Shown one piece after another: positions 18,700 to 29,224 of a stretch of DNA of 56,033 bases. How positions within the stretch are numbered: the first letter of the stretch is position 1; each line of letters begins with the position of its first letter. Made by a program: the position numbers and the translations under genes. The notes beneath the pieces were generated by a model, which was not told where the DNA came from, did no database searches, and saw only the letters and a program-made list of their open reading frames with translations. The stretch comes from Leptospira sp. (GTDB lineage Bacteria > Spirochaetota > Leptospiria > Leptospirales > Leptospiraceae): NCBI GenBank assembly GCA_034439575.1, contig JAWXAQ010000028.1:1-56033 (forward strand), given 5' to 3'.

Positions 18700-18966
18700 T
18701 TAGAGGGAAAAGGCGGCAGAGATGGCTTTTTTTACATCCGTTTCAATATGGCCTGAATTACGTTTTTCTTTGAAACAATTGTCCATATATTCATGAATAT
18801 AGGCTTCGCCAAATTTTTTCATAGCCTGACTCGATGCCTTCAAGAGTAAAATTGCTTTTTCACAATCCTTGTCATCTTCTTGGATACTTCGTTTTATGGC
18901 TTCGATTTGGCCCTGGATACGATTTAACCTATGAATGAGTTTTGTTTTTTCTTCTAAATTGACCAT
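18700..18966 (-). CDS. CsoR/RcnR family repressor, CstR-like (Cys/Cys, no His at the Y position)
   Basis: LIHRLNRIQGQIEAI..C...and EYMDNC. Start is ATG 18966 or TTG 18972. Confidence 0.88.
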   Translation of the reverse strand: MVNLEEKTKLIHRLNRIQGQIEAIKRSIQEDDKDCEKAILLLKASSQAMKKFGEAYIHEYMDNCFKEKRNSGHIETDVKKAISAAFSL

Positions 18967-18973
18967 AATCAAA

Positions 18974-18989
18974 ATACCCTATAGGGTAT
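18974..18989. promoter_or_regulatory. CsoR-family operator 3 (autoregulatory)
   Basis: Perfect 16-bp palindrome ATACCCTATAGGGTAT between the minus-strand TTGACC (19001-18996) and the repressor start. Confidence 0.85.
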
Positions 18990-19021
18990 CTGATAGGTCA
19001 AGTTAAAATATTTCGCATAGT

Positions 19022-20524
19022 CTACTTCATGGACCCAGTTTTTAAAAATTGAATATGAAACCCGAGAGCTTTATCCAAATTGTGAGGTGTATGTTTTCCT
19101 TTAGAAACATTCTTTGCCTCTTCAAAATAAGCACGGAGTTTATCACGATACGTCGGATGAGCACATTTTTCAATGATCAATTCTGCTCTTTTTTTGGGAG
19201 GACAACCTCTTAGATCAGCCAACCCCTGTTCTGTTACGATTACCATAGTCGAATGTTCGTTATGATCAACATGCGAAACAAAAGGAACAATGGCAGAGAT
19301 ATCTCCGTTTTTAGCAAGTGAAGGAGTCATAAAAATTGACAAATGAGAATTTCTCGTAAAATCTCCGGAGCCACCAATTCCATTCATCATGGATGTCCCC
19401 ATCACATGCGTTGAATTAACATTGCCATAGATATCCACTTCCAAAGCGGTATTCATAGCGATTAAACCCATTCTTCTAATCACTTCTGGATGATTAGAAA
19501 TTTCTTGCGGCCTAATGATAAATTTTGATTTCCATTCATTTATATTTTTATGAAATCTTTCCACACCTTTCTTAGAGAATGTAAGTGCTGAAGTAGAGGC
19601 AATTTTTAATTTACCGGAATCTATCAAATCAAAAACAGAATCTTGTAAAACTTCTGTGTACATTTCTATCTCATGAAAATTTGGATCCTTAGCCATGCTT
19701 GCAAGAACTGCATTCGCAATATTGCCTACTCCGTTTTGAAATGGTAGGTAGTTGGCTGGGATACGACCCTTTTTTATTTCACTTTGCAAAAAAGCTAATG
19801 TATGTTCTGCGATTCCTAAACAATCTGAATCGGGCAATTTAAAATCAACACTAGCATCAGGGATTGATGTCCGCACTATTCCTTTAATTTTATCAATCGG
19901 AACTTGTACATAAGGATTACCAATGCGATCAGAAACATTTATGATAGGTATTGGTGAACCTTTCCCATGATGATCAGGCAAATAGATATCATGATACCCT
20001 TTAAGTTCGATAGGATGAACATCTGTTAGTTCGACATAAATCTCTTTCGCTGCTCCTAAATAAGTCGCACTCATTCCCGATGAAGTTGTCAAATAAATTT
20101 TCCCATCAGAGCTCACATCAATCGCTTCAACAATGGCAACATCAATCGCTGGCAAAATGCCGTGCTCAATGTATTTGACAACATGTGATAAATGCATATC
20201 AATAAAATCAACTTCGCCTGCATTGATTAAGTTTCTGAGATGTGAATTTGATTGGTAAGGAATTCGTAACTTTAAAGCCCCAGTCTTTGCTAAAACTCCA
20301 TCCAGTTCTTCTCCAGTGGAAGCACCTGCATATAGATTTATGGAAAATGAATGGCCTTGTTTTTTTTCCTCTTCAATTCTATTGGCGAAGGCAGAGGGGA
20401 TCAATTTAGGATATCCGGCCGGTGTGAACCCGGATGCACCAATCGTAACATTTCTTGGAAGCAAACTTGCGATTTCTTCGGCGGATCTTAATTTTGAATC
20501 GATGAGAGAATTTGAAATTGTCAT
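19022..20524 (-). CDS. Acetyl-CoA hydrolase / succinyl-CoA:acetate CoA-transferase family
   Basis: SGFTPAGYPK, GVGNIANAV, YTEVLQD (catalytic Glu), SNHPEVIRR, NGIGGSGDF. Confidence 0.92.
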   Translation of the reverse strand: MTISNSLIDSKLRSAEEIASLLPRNVTIGASGFTPAGYPKLIPSAFANRIEEEKKQGHSFSINLYAGASTGEELDGVLAKTGALKLRIPYQSNSHLRNLINAGEVDFIDMHLSHVVKYIEHGILPAIDVAIVEAIDVSSDGKIYLTTSSGMSATYLGAAKEIYVELTDVHPIELKGYHDIYLPDHHGKGSPIPIINVSDRIGNPYVQVPIDKIKGIVRTSIPDASVDFKLPDSDCLGIAEHTLAFLQSEIKKGRIPANYLPFQNGVGNIANAVLASMAKDPNFHEIEMYTEVLQDSVFDLIDSGKLKIASTSALTFSKKGVERFHKNINEWKSKFIIRPQEISNHPEVIRRMGLIAMNTALEVDIYGNVNSTHVMGTSMMNGIGGSGDFTRNSHLSIFMTPSLAKNGDISAIVPFVSHVDHNEHSTMVIVTEQGLADLRGCPPKKRAELIIEKCAHPTYRDKLRAYFEEAKNVSKGKHTPHNLDKALGFHIQFLKTGSMK

Positions 20525-20593
20525 ATGTCTATAGATACCCTTTTACAAGGATAAAGAGATTGCACAAAAAGAAAAAGTTCAAAATATAACACT

Positions 20594-21010
20594 ATGGATT
20601 TTCTACTTTATTCGTTTTATTTATTATTTGGAATGATTCTTATTACTCCGTTTTTGTTATTTCATTATAAATTTGATGAACTTCAATCCCCGTTTGGACG
20701 AGACAAAAATGAGCACCTACTTCCATTTTTGCAAAAGAAATCAAATCTTCTAGATACCTTGAAAGATTTAAGATCAGACTTCCATTCTGGAAAAATCTCA
20801 GAAGAGGAATTTCAATCTAATTCGATACCCTTTTTACAAGAGTTAGATGAAATCGAGGCTCAGTTATCACAACTTCCTGACAAAAATTTAATCCAAACTT
20901 TGAGCCCAGTAAAAGTTTCCGCAGAATGGAAATGTGATAATTGTGGATCTTATATATCACTTCCTAAAGCGAAGTTTTGTCCTGAATGTGGTAACTCTAG
21001 ACTCGCCTAA
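20594..21010 (+). CDS. Membrane-anchored zinc-ribbon protein
   Basis: N-terminal TM, helical DF..GKISEEEF segment, CDNCG...KFCPECG. Confidence 0.75.
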   Translation: MDFLLYSFYLLFGMILITPFLLFHYKFDELQSPFGRDKNEHLLPFLQKKSNLLDTLKDLRSDFHSGKISEEEFQSNSIPFLQELDEIEAQLSQLPDKNLIQTLSPVKVSAEWKCDNCGSYISLPKAKFCPECGNSRLA

Positions 21011-22896
21011 GTTTCGGTAGAGGGAGTAAACTGCATTTCATAAAGTCGCTTGTATTTTGAATTTTGATTATTAAGAAGTTCTAAATGACTTCCACTTTCT
21101 TTGATTTCGCCATTTTCCAAATAATAAATGGTATCTGCAATTTTTACAGTAGATAATCGATGAGCGATAATGATAACCGTTTTGTTTTCATACAATCTAA
21201 CAAAGGCTTGCTGGATCAATCTTTCTGATTCTGTGTCAAGGGCACTCGTCGCTTCATCAAGGATCAATACTTCTGGATTTGCCAGTAAAGTCCTGGCAAT
21301 GGAAATACGCTGACGTTGCCCGCCACTTAGCATAACACCACGTTCGCCGACAATTGTATCAAACCCTTCTTCAAACGTATCGATAAATTCAGAAGCAAAC
21401 GCATCGTCTGCGGCCTTTCGAATTTCTTCTTCGGTGGCCTCTGGTTTTCCATAAGCAATATTTTCTCGAATAGAACCATTGAACAAAAATATATTTTGAG
21501 AAACCACACCTATGCGATGGCGCAAATTATCTAAACGAAGGCTTTTTGCATTTACACCATCCCAAAAAATATCACCAGAGGATGGGTCAATCAAACGAGG
21601 AAGTAAATCAATGAGTGTTGATTTACCAGCACCTGATGATCCGACAATGGCGATCGTTCCACCTTTCGGTATCTTAAGATTCAATTCTTTTAATGCATAA
21701 ACATCAGTTCCAGGGTATATAAAAGAAACATTTCTATACTCAATTTCAGAAGAAAGGGAACCTAATTCCACAGGCGATTCTGGATCTTTAATATCAGTTT
21801 CACGACCTAATATTTCGAATACACGTTCCCCTGCAGAGGCAGATGCTTGCACTAGGTTTGTGAGTATACCCATCTGTTTGAGAGGTCGCATAAGAAAAAT
21901 AAGTGTAATGAAAAAAACTAAAAATCTACCTTTAGAAAAAGTTTGATCCTCTAACAAATGGGCACCGATTCCCAAAAATATCATCGTTACGATAGATCCT
22001 GATAATTCTATCATAGCGGGACCGATCTGATGATAAAAATGAGTTTTGAAAGTCTTTTCTGAAAGATCATGATTCACTTCAAAAAATCTGTCCGATTCAC
22101 GAGCTTCCATTGAGAAAGCTCGTATAACACGTATTCCGGAAATCACTTCCTGTAATTCTCCATTTAACGCAGATAATCTTTCTTGTTGGTTTTTTGTTGT
22201 TCGACGAATTCGGTCTGCAAGTGTGCTAACAGGCCCAAGAATAAAGGGTATGATGATAAATATTAAAAAGAACAATTCCCAACTTAACACTAGTAAAATG
22301 ATAAGATGTATAATGATGGAAAAAAAATCATTTATGGCATCTTTAAGATCATTTGAAACGACTTTTCCAACTGTATCTACATCATTGATGATACGACTCA
22401 TAAGGATGCCTGTTTTTTCTCTTAAAAAATCATTTAAGGGAAGTTCTTGTAATTTTTCATATAATGCTTGCCTGATGTCTCTCACAGAAAGAAGACCCGC
22501 AGAATTCACAAAGTAAATTGTTCCTGCAAGACAGATTAACTTCAAGAGATAGATGGGAAGTATGATTAGACAAAATAGATAAACTAACTCATCTGGTGTC
22601 CTCTGCGACAATTCGTTGTTAATGTATTCTTTGCTTTTTGCAAAATAGAATTGCCCCTGCTCCCAAGTTAAAGGAGTGACTTCTGACTCTGTTTTTTTTA
22701 ACATCTCCTGGTCTTTTTTAGTTAGAGAGAGTTGGAATTTATAATTTTCGCCAGAGCCAAGTGAATCAAAGATTGGGATGAGGGAAGTAAGGGATGCGCC
22801 ATTGAAGATAGAGACAAAAATGGATAGGAAGACTCCTAGGGTAAGTCTGTACTTGTATTTTACAAGGTATGGCCAAAGTTTTCGGTAAATCTTCAC
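21007..22896 (-). CDS. MsbA-like ABC exporter (fused TMD+NBD)
   Basis: GSSGAGKST, LSGGQRQR, LILDEATSALD and IAHRLST motifs; N-terminal TM domain. Confidence 0.92.
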   Translation of the reverse strand: MKIYRKLWPYLVKYKYRLTLGVFLSIFVSIFNGASLTSLIPIFDSLGSGENYKFQLSLTKKDQEMLKKTESEVTPLTWEQGQFYFAKSKEYINNELSQRTPDELVYLFCLIILPIYLLKLICLAGTIYFVNSAGLLSVRDIRQALYEKLQELPLNDFLREKTGILMSRIINDVDTVGKVVSNDLKDAINDFFSIIIHLIILLVLSWELFFLIFIIIPFILGPVSTLADRIRRTTKNQQERLSALNGELQEVISGIRVIRAFSMEARESDRFFEVNHDLSEKTFKTHFYHQIGPAMIELSGSIVTMIFLGIGAHLLEDQTFSKGRFLVFFITLIFLMRPLKQMGILTNLVQASASAGERVFEILGRETDIKDPESPVELGSLSSEIEYRNVSFIYPGTDVYALKELNLKIPKGGTIAIVGSSGAGKSTLIDLLPRLIDPSSGDIFWDGVNAKSLRLDNLRHRIGVVSQNIFLFNGSIRENIAYGKPEATEEEIRKAADDAFASEFIDTFEEGFDTIVGERGVMLSGGQRQRISIARTLLANPEVLILDEATSALDTESERLIQQAFVRLYENKTVIIIAHRLSTVKIADTIYYLENGEIKESGSHLELLNNQNSKYKRLYEMQFTPSTET

Positions 22897-22898
22897 TT

Positions 22899-24338
22899 AT
22901 GAGAACTATTCCCCTCTTTTTCCTCGTGCTGTCCCTCACTTTTTGCCAAAAAGAAGCAGAACTTCCCGAGATATCCATTTCTTTCCCGAGCGACCCGCCC
23001 AGTCTCGATCCACTTTTTGCGACAGACTTGGTGAGCCAAAAATTGTCCAAATTTATTTTCGCTGGTCTTTATGAATTTAAAGGATCAAAAATAAACAGGC
23101 GCTTGGTGGTAAGTGAAAAATTCACCACTTCAGAAGTAGAGAATTCTTTACAATTGATACTCGATGATCATTCGAAAGTGAGATCTTCGGATGTTGCTTT
23201 TTCTCTAAATCGTCTGATTCAAAATTCTTCTCCTAGGCAGGGCGACTACAAATTCATTCATAAAACCATGATTCATGATGATAAAAAATTATCTATCGTC
23301 ATAGATAAAAATATAAGTGAAATGCATGTGAAAGAAAAATTGGCCTTACCATTTGCCTCTATCTTGAGAAAAGATATTTTTGAAACTACTGGCAAATTGG
23401 AATCATTTGGTTTCTATCAACTACAAGAATGGAAAAAAAATGAATATTTAAAATTAAACAAGCGAATTGAAACTTCAAATTCTTTCCCTAAGGAAATTCT
23501 GATTCGTATCCTTCCACAATCATCTACGGCTTTGTTTTTATATAAAAAAAAACAACTCGATGCATTTAAACTTTCTGATTTCCTCCTAACAATACCCGAA
23601 GCTGATATTAAACATACAGTCGTAAAAAAAGGAAGGTCCATCCAATACGTTGCCATAAATCAAAAAAATAATTGTTTTGATAAAAACTTTCGTTATGCCC
23701 TAAATTTTTCCATTCCCAGAGAATTGATCATTAACAAATTATTAGGCGGTAAAGCGGATACTACAAGAGGTCCAATACCTCTCCCTTTTTACAATGAAGT
23801 AACAGAAAATACAAAGGGAATAGAATATAAGAATGAATTTGATTATGATTTAAAAAAGGCAAAATTTCATTTAGAACGATCAATTTGTTTTCCTAAGATT
23901 TTAGAAACTCCATTAGAATTTCGAATGCGCGGTGATGATGAAAATCAAGCAAAGGGCAGAGCCATTGTACAAGCGTTAATAGAACTAGGTTTAAAAATAA
24001 ACTTAAAAGGGATGGAAAAAGCTCCACTTTATAAAGAAAATGGTGAGGGAAAAGGTGACCTAACTTTACTTACTTGGTATGCCGACTATCCATCTATTTG
24101 GAATTTTTTGGACCCCGTTTTTCATGAAAAGAAATTAGGAAATGGTGGAAATAGATCGTTTTATACAAATTCAAATATTACTTCAATGTTAGATCAAAAA
24201 AGGTCAATTCGCGAAGCAATGGACATAGTCGATACCATAAGTAATGATGCTCCATGGATTTTCTTGTGGTCTATCCAAGAAAATTATCTCGTTTCTGATA
24301 AGTTCATTCTTCACGAAGGGCTTTCTGATTATCTATAA
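22899..24338 (+). CDS. ABC substrate-binding lipoprotein, family 5 (peptide/nickel type)
   Basis: Spirochaete-type lipobox MRTIPLFFLVLSLTF-C, P.SLDP, DVAFSLNR, WYADYP, DAPWIFL. Confidence 0.85.
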   Translation: MRTIPLFFLVLSLTFCQKEAELPEISISFPSDPPSLDPLFATDLVSQKLSKFIFAGLYEFKGSKINRRLVVSEKFTTSEVENSLQLILDDHSKVRSSDVAFSLNRLIQNSSPRQGDYKFIHKTMIHDDKKLSIVIDKNISEMHVKEKLALPFASILRKDIFETTGKLESFGFYQLQEWKKNEYLKLNKRIETSNSFPKEILIRILPQSSTALFLYKKKQLDAFKLSDFLLTIPEADIKHTVVKKGRSIQYVAINQKNNCFDKNFRYALNFSIPRELIINKLLGGKADTTRGPIPLPFYNEVTENTKGIEYKNEFDYDLKKAKFHLERSICFPKILETPLEFRMRGDDENQAKGRAIVQALIELGLKINLKGMEKAPLYKENGEGKGDLTLLTWYADYPSIWNFLDPVFHEKKLGNGGNRSFYTNSNITSMLDQKRSIREAMDIVDTISNDAPWIFLWSIQENYLVSDKFILHEGLSDYL

Positions 24339-26778
24339 CTGGTGGTTCCAGTTCTACAGAATCAAGAGGCACTGGCTTTTCCTTTTCACCTGACTGCGTA
24401 TAGGTTGTGTTTTCCGAATCATCATCTGACTCTTGTTCAGTTGTATTTACTTCACTGATAATCGGGTCCGGTTTGGCAAATCCAGCTCTTTTGGAAGGCA
24501 TATCCCCTATAAAATAGTATTGTTGATACAGAGGATTTTTACATATGTAATCAGGTGAATTTTCAAGAAGAGTTCCGTCATCGGCGCAAACATCAACTTT
24601 GACAAAATCGCCCACAAATGGCGTAATTAAACGATTTCCAAATCCAATTTTTGTTCTTACATTTTGAATGTATCGAAGCCAAATTCCACCTGAAACACCA
24701 GATCCAGATCCAGGAAAAGGTGCACCTTCATCATGACCCACCCAAACAACAGTTACATTTCTTGGCGCAAATCCCCCAAACCATACATCTCTAACACCTT
24801 TCATACCGAGCCATTTACTTTTTTTAACTTTAGGTGATTGTACAGTTCCGGTTTTGCCTGCGAAAATATTCTGTTCACCCGGAACTCGTTTGATGGTCAT
24901 TGTTCCTTCATCTGTCAAAACAGATTCTAGAGTATTAATTGCCATTGCACAAGCCACAGGATCTAATATCTGTTCAGCGGCTTCATTAGGGTTCGTTTGA
25001 TAAAATTCATTTCCATCCAAATCGGTAATTTTAATGATTTTTCTAGGTGTGACCCTTCGCCCACCATTTGCTAAAGTCGAATAAATAATCGCGAGTTCCA
25101 TGGGCGAAAGTTCACCCGAACCAAGTGCCAATGATAAATTTCTCTGAAATCGATCGTTGATTTCTTCCTCAGGCAAAGAAAGAATCTGTGCCAATTTATT
25201 TAGAAAGTATCCTAATCCGACTTGGTCCAACAATTTTACAGATACAGTATTCACCGACTGCGCGAGTGCATTTCGTACGGTCATCTCCCCACGATAACCT
25301 TTATACCAATTCTTTGGCGAATAACCAGAGATATCTAATTTCTCATCTTTGATTCTTGAGGAAGGATTAACGATTCGTTTTTCAAAGGCCAATGCGTAAA
25401 CTAATGCCTTTATCGTACTACCTGGCTGGCGTCTCGCTTCTTCCGCCCGATTGAATCTATAGGTATTTGATATTTTATAACCTCCAACCAAAGCTTCAAT
25501 ATCTCCAGTTTCAGGATCCAAAGAAATAAAAGAACCTGTCATTTGAGGTAAGATTGTTCTCGTAAGTTCAGCTAACTCTGGTTTACCTTTTTTATTGAAT
25601 TCTGTTTCTTGTTTATTAAGATCAGAACGAACGGAATCAATTCCAAGTCGTAATGCATCTTCTGCCATACGTTGTTTTTCTAAATCTAAGGTTGAATATA
25701 CAACCATTCCGCGTTCTTCTAAATCTTCATTGGAAAAAGTATCCAACACAAATCTTCTAATTTCTGTATTAAAATCTGGAGCTAAATTGATGCGAAAATC
25801 TTTATCAGCACCATATTTTCCAATTTCACTCGAATATCTGGGAACACCTTCATCATCCTTATATTCTTTTACTTTATAAATGCTGCGGAATTTTTTTAAA
25901 TTTGATTCTATATTATCATTAAACTTTTTTGGAATTTCAGACGGAACGAGATTCAATTCTTGATTGCGAGCCATATCATATAACACGCGCTTCTGCCTGT
26001 TCAGCGCTGTACCTAAGTTACGGATCGGATTAAATATGCTAGGTGCAGGAATGGTTCCAACTAACATAGCGGCCTCTTCTGCCGTTAATTCTGTAGCAGG
26101 CTTTCTAAAGTAATAACGAGCCGCTTCTTCGACTCCCGTATTCCCTTCACCTAGAAAGATTTGATTCAAATACATCGCGAGAATCTCTTCTTTTGAGAAC
26201 TGAGACTCAATATAAAAAGTACAATATAATTCTGTGATTTTATTAAATAGATTTCGTTTACCTAAATTTAAAGTAAGTTTTGCTAACTGTTGTGTGATGG
26301 TAGAACCACCTTGAGATAATCGAAATTGTATCAAGTTTGTTAACACAGCTCTTACTATGGCTGTATAATTGACCCCTCCATGTGAAAAAAACTCTCTATC
26401 TTCTGAAGACAAAACTGCCCAAAGAATCATATGATGTTTCTTCAAATTATCAGTACGAATGGGGCGAAAATTTCTGCGATAGAATTCGCCAATGACTTTG
26501 CCACTTCTATCTACAATCTTAACAGATTTTGGTTGAAAGGAATCATAAAAATTTGAAACTTCTGATCTATATTTTTCTAAAGAACGTTCAACTCTGGATT
26601 GTTCGCCTGACCAAACAACATATGCACCACCAGTAAAAAATAGTAACAAAAACAAACCTATAAAAAAACCAAGGAAGAAGATGATCTTTCGATTTTGCCA
26701 AAGTTTATTCAAAAAATCTAATATATGGTCACCGACTGCTCGTAAGACGAGAATGTATGTTTGGTTTTTATCATTCAT
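24304..26778 (-). CDS. Class A penicillin-binding protein (PBP1a-like)
   Basis: [16 protein letters not shown] and YLNQI glycosyltransferase motifs; STIK, SVN and KTG transpeptidase motifs. Confidence 0.92.
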   Translation of the reverse strand: MNDKNQTYILVLRAVGDHILDFLNKLWQNRKIIFFLGFFIGLFLLLFFTGGAYVVWSGEQSRVERSLEKYRSEVSNFYDSFQPKSVKIVDRSGKVIGEFYRRNFRPIRTDNLKKHHMILWAVLSSEDREFFSHGGVNYTAIVRAVLTNLIQFRLSQGGSTITQQLAKLTLNLGKRNLFNKITELYCTFYIESQFSKEEILAMYLNQIFLGEGNTGVEEAARYYFRKPATELTAEEAAMLVGTIPAPSIFNPIRNLGTALNRQKRVLYDMARNQELNLVPSEIPKKFNDNIESNLKKFRSIYKVKEYKDDEGVPRYSSEIGKYGADKDFRINLAPDFNTEIRRFVLDTFSNEDLEERGMVVYSTLDLEKQRMAEDALRLGIDSVRSDLNKQETEFNKKGKPELAELTRTILPQMTGSFISLDPETGDIEALVGGYKISNTYRFNRAEEARRQPGSTIKALVYALAFEKRIVNPSSRIKDEKLDISGYSPKNWYKGYRGEMTVRNALAQSVNTVSVKLLDQVGLGYFLNKLAQILSLPEEEINDRFQRNLSLALGSGELSPMELAIIYSTLANGGRRVTPRKIIKITDLDGNEFYQTNPNEAAEQILDPVACAMAINTLESVLTDEGTMTIKRVPGEQNIFAGKTGTVQSPKVKKSKWLGMKGVRDVWFGGFAPRNVTVVWVGHDEGAPFPGSGSGVSGGIWLRYIQNVRTKIGFGNRLITPFVGDFVKVDVCADDGTLLENSPDYICKNPLYQQYYFIGDMPSKRAGFAKPDPIISEVNTTEQESDDDSENTTYTQSGEKEKPVPLDSVELEPPVIDNQKALREE

Positions 26779-29162
26779 TTTTTATTTTTCTTAAGACTTG
26801 TCTTATTTTTTAATGGCAAAACTAATTTAGCGACTTCTTCAAAATTTGAAACGGGAAAAAATTGAACTCCACGTTTTACATAGTCTGGGATTTCAATAAA
26901 AGCTTTTTCGTTATCTTTTGGAAAAATAATTTTTTTAATCCCGACTCTTTTGGCCGCGACGATCTTTTCCCGTAAACCACCAATTGCCAATACTTCACCA
27001 GTTAACGTAAGTTCGCCTGTCATACCAAAACCAGGAACTAAAATTTGATTTCTAACAAGTGATAAAAGGGCAGATGCCATCGTAATACCAGCACTCGGAC
27101 CATCTTTGGGGGTAGCACCATCTGGGACGTGCAAATGTAAAGATTTGTTTTCAAAAACTTTATCATCTTTGTTATAATTTTTTATAAAGGAAAGTGCGAT
27201 ATTCGCAGATTCCTCCATCATTTTTCCCATTTGCCCTGTTAGGAGAATGTTTCCCTTCCCAGGAATAAATACTGCTTCGATCAAAAGTGTAGATCCGCCA
27301 GCACTCGTCCAAGCAAGACCAAGTGCAGTTCCTGGAACACTGGGAATCGTCATACGATCATCAACGAATGGAGGTGGACCTAAATTTTGTATTAAATCTT
27401 TTTCACGAATTTCTTTTGAATACTTTTCCTTTAATACGTGTTTGAGGGCAAGTTTTCGAATTAATTTATCAAAGGTTTTTTCAAGACCCCTAAGTCCTGA
27501 TTCTCTAGAATATGAATTGATTAAATGAACAATAGTTTCTTTTTTCATAGAAAAACTATCTGCTTTCAATCCGTTTTTATCAAAAATTTTCTTCCACAAA
27601 TATTTCTCAAAAATTTGAACTTTTTCTTCAGTGATATAACCGGAAAGTTGAATCACTTCCATACGATCGAGTAACACACGTGGTATTGGTTCAAACGTAT
27701 TTGCCGTTGCGATAAAAAATACTTCAGACAAATCAAATGGTAAATCAAGATAATGATCTCTGAATGTTGCATTTTGTTCGGGATCGAGTACTTCAAGTAA
27801 AGCGGCTTGCGGATCGCCCTGAAAGCCTTGTGACATCTTGTCTATTTCATCAAGTAAGATGACTGGATCTTTTTCTTTTGAAATTTTGAGAGCAGAGATA
27901 ATTTTTCCAGGCATAGCGCCAATATAAGTTCGTCTATGACCTTTGATTTCCGCTTCATCCCGCACACCACCTACAGAAAAACGGAAAAACTTGCGCCCAA
28001 GGGCCTCGGCTATAGATTTTGCAATCGAAGTTTTACCTACTCCGGGTGGCCCCACCAAACAAAGAATAGACCCTCTTGAATGTGGATTGAGTTTCCGTAC
28101 AGCAAGATATTCTAATATTCTTTCCTTTACGTCTTCCAATTTATAATGGTCTCGGTTTAATATACGTTTCGCATATGAAATATTAATTTCTTTTGGTTTT
28201 GGAGCCTCCCAAGGCAATGATTCTACCAAATCTAAATAATTTCTGACTACATTATAATCACCACCGATAGGATCGGAGTTTTTAATTTTTTCTACTTCTC
28301 GTTCGATTTCTTTAACGACCTCATCTGAAACGGGAATCGCTTTTAATCTTTCTAATAACTTATCATATTTCGCTTCGGTTTTTTCTTCACCGATTCCCAG
28401 TTCTTGTTGGATCGCTTTCAGTTGTTCACGTAAAAAAAACTGCCTTTGTTGGTTATCAATTTTATCATTGATTTGGTCTTGGATTTTTCTTTGTAAGATA
28501 ACTAGATCAATTTCCTTTTTTAGAAAGAGTAATACTTTTTCTAATCTATCATTTAACGGTATCGCTTCGATGACACTTTGATAATCTTCTTTTTCTAAAT
28601 TTAAAATAGAACAAACAAAATCACTCATCTTTCCTGGTTCATTGACATTCATCATAGTCAATTTCATATCTTCTGTAAACAAAGGATTATTTTGCGCCAA
28701 TTCTTTAGTTAAGATAAGGAGAGTACGCATTAAGGCCTTAATGTTGTTTTTCGATGTGCCAGCTTCTTCTAATGGATAAATGACTTCCGCCATCAGGAAT
28801 GGTGTTTTACTAATGATTTTTTGAATTTGAAATCTTTGGATCGTAGTGACGAGAATATTCATTCCACCATCAGGTAGGTTGATCCTTTTGATAATGCGAG
28901 CAATCACACCAACTTGGTATATATTATTTTCCGATGGTTCATCCGAGTCATCATTCTTAAGAAGAATTAGACCAATAAAGCCTGCACCCTTGGATGTTTC
29001 TTCAATCGTTGGGATAAATCTTCCGGGTGGTACTATTAACGGTGTGATGATCCCAGGAAAAACTGGTCTCACTTTTATAGGGAGAAGAAAGATTTGTTTA
29101 GGTAAGGCATCCTCAATCCTGACTAGTTTTGTGGGACTTTCCCAAGACTCGTTTTGATCCAA
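26775..29162 (-). CDS. lon: ATP-dependent protease La
   Basis: [44 protein letters not shown] before the TTG. Confidence 0.97.
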   Translation of the reverse strand: MDQNESWESPTKLVRIEDALPKQIFLLPIKVRPVFPGIITPLIVPPGRFIPTIEETSKGAGFIGLILLKNDDSDEPSENNIYQVGVIARIIKRINLPDGGMNILVTTIQRFQIQKIISKTPFLMAEVIYPLEEAGTSKNNIKALMRTLLILTKELAQNNPLFTEDMKLTMMNVNEPGKMSDFVCSILNLEKEDYQSVIEAIPLNDRLEKVLLFLKKEIDLVILQRKIQDQINDKIDNQQRQFFLREQLKAIQQELGIGEEKTEAKYDKLLERLKAIPVSDEVVKEIEREVEKIKNSDPIGGDYNVVRNYLDLVESLPWEAPKPKEINISYAKRILNRDHYKLEDVKERILEYLAVRKLNPHSRGSILCLVGPPGVGKTSIAKSIAEALGRKFFRFSVGGVRDEAEIKGHRRTYIGAMPGKIISALKISKEKDPVILLDEIDKMSQGFQGDPQAALLEVLDPEQNATFRDHYLDLPFDLSEVFFIATANTFEPIPRVLLDRMEVIQLSGYITEEKVQIFEKYLWKKIFDKNGLKADSFSMKKETIVHLINSYSRESGLRGLEKTFDKLIRKLALKHVLKEKYSKEIREKDLIQNLGPPPFVDDRMTIPSVPGTALGLAWTSAGGSTLLIEAVFIPGKGNILLTGQMGKMMEESANIALSFIKNYNKDDKVFENKSLHLHVPDGATPKDGPSAGITMASALLSLVRNQILVPGFGMTGELTLTGEVLAIGGLREKIVAAKRVGIKKIIFPKDNEKAFIEIPDYVKRGVQFFPVSNFEEVAKLVLPLKNKTSLKKNKK

Positions 29163-29224
29163 TGGATACTCCTCTACTTCCTTTCAAGATGTGGGAAAGG
29201 AAAGCGCAAGGCAAACATTTTTAC

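Noticed and set aside
18700-18966. Classical copper-sensing CsoR with a Cus-type pump
   Set aside because: The Cu-ligating His is replaced by Tyr, and there are no copA, copZ or cusB neighbours; not excluded experimentally.
20535-20552. Fourth CsoR-family operator upstream of the CoA transferase (ATACCCTTTTACAAGGAT)
   Set aside because: Only one half-site matches, the spacing is wrong, and it is explained by the AAGGG RBS.
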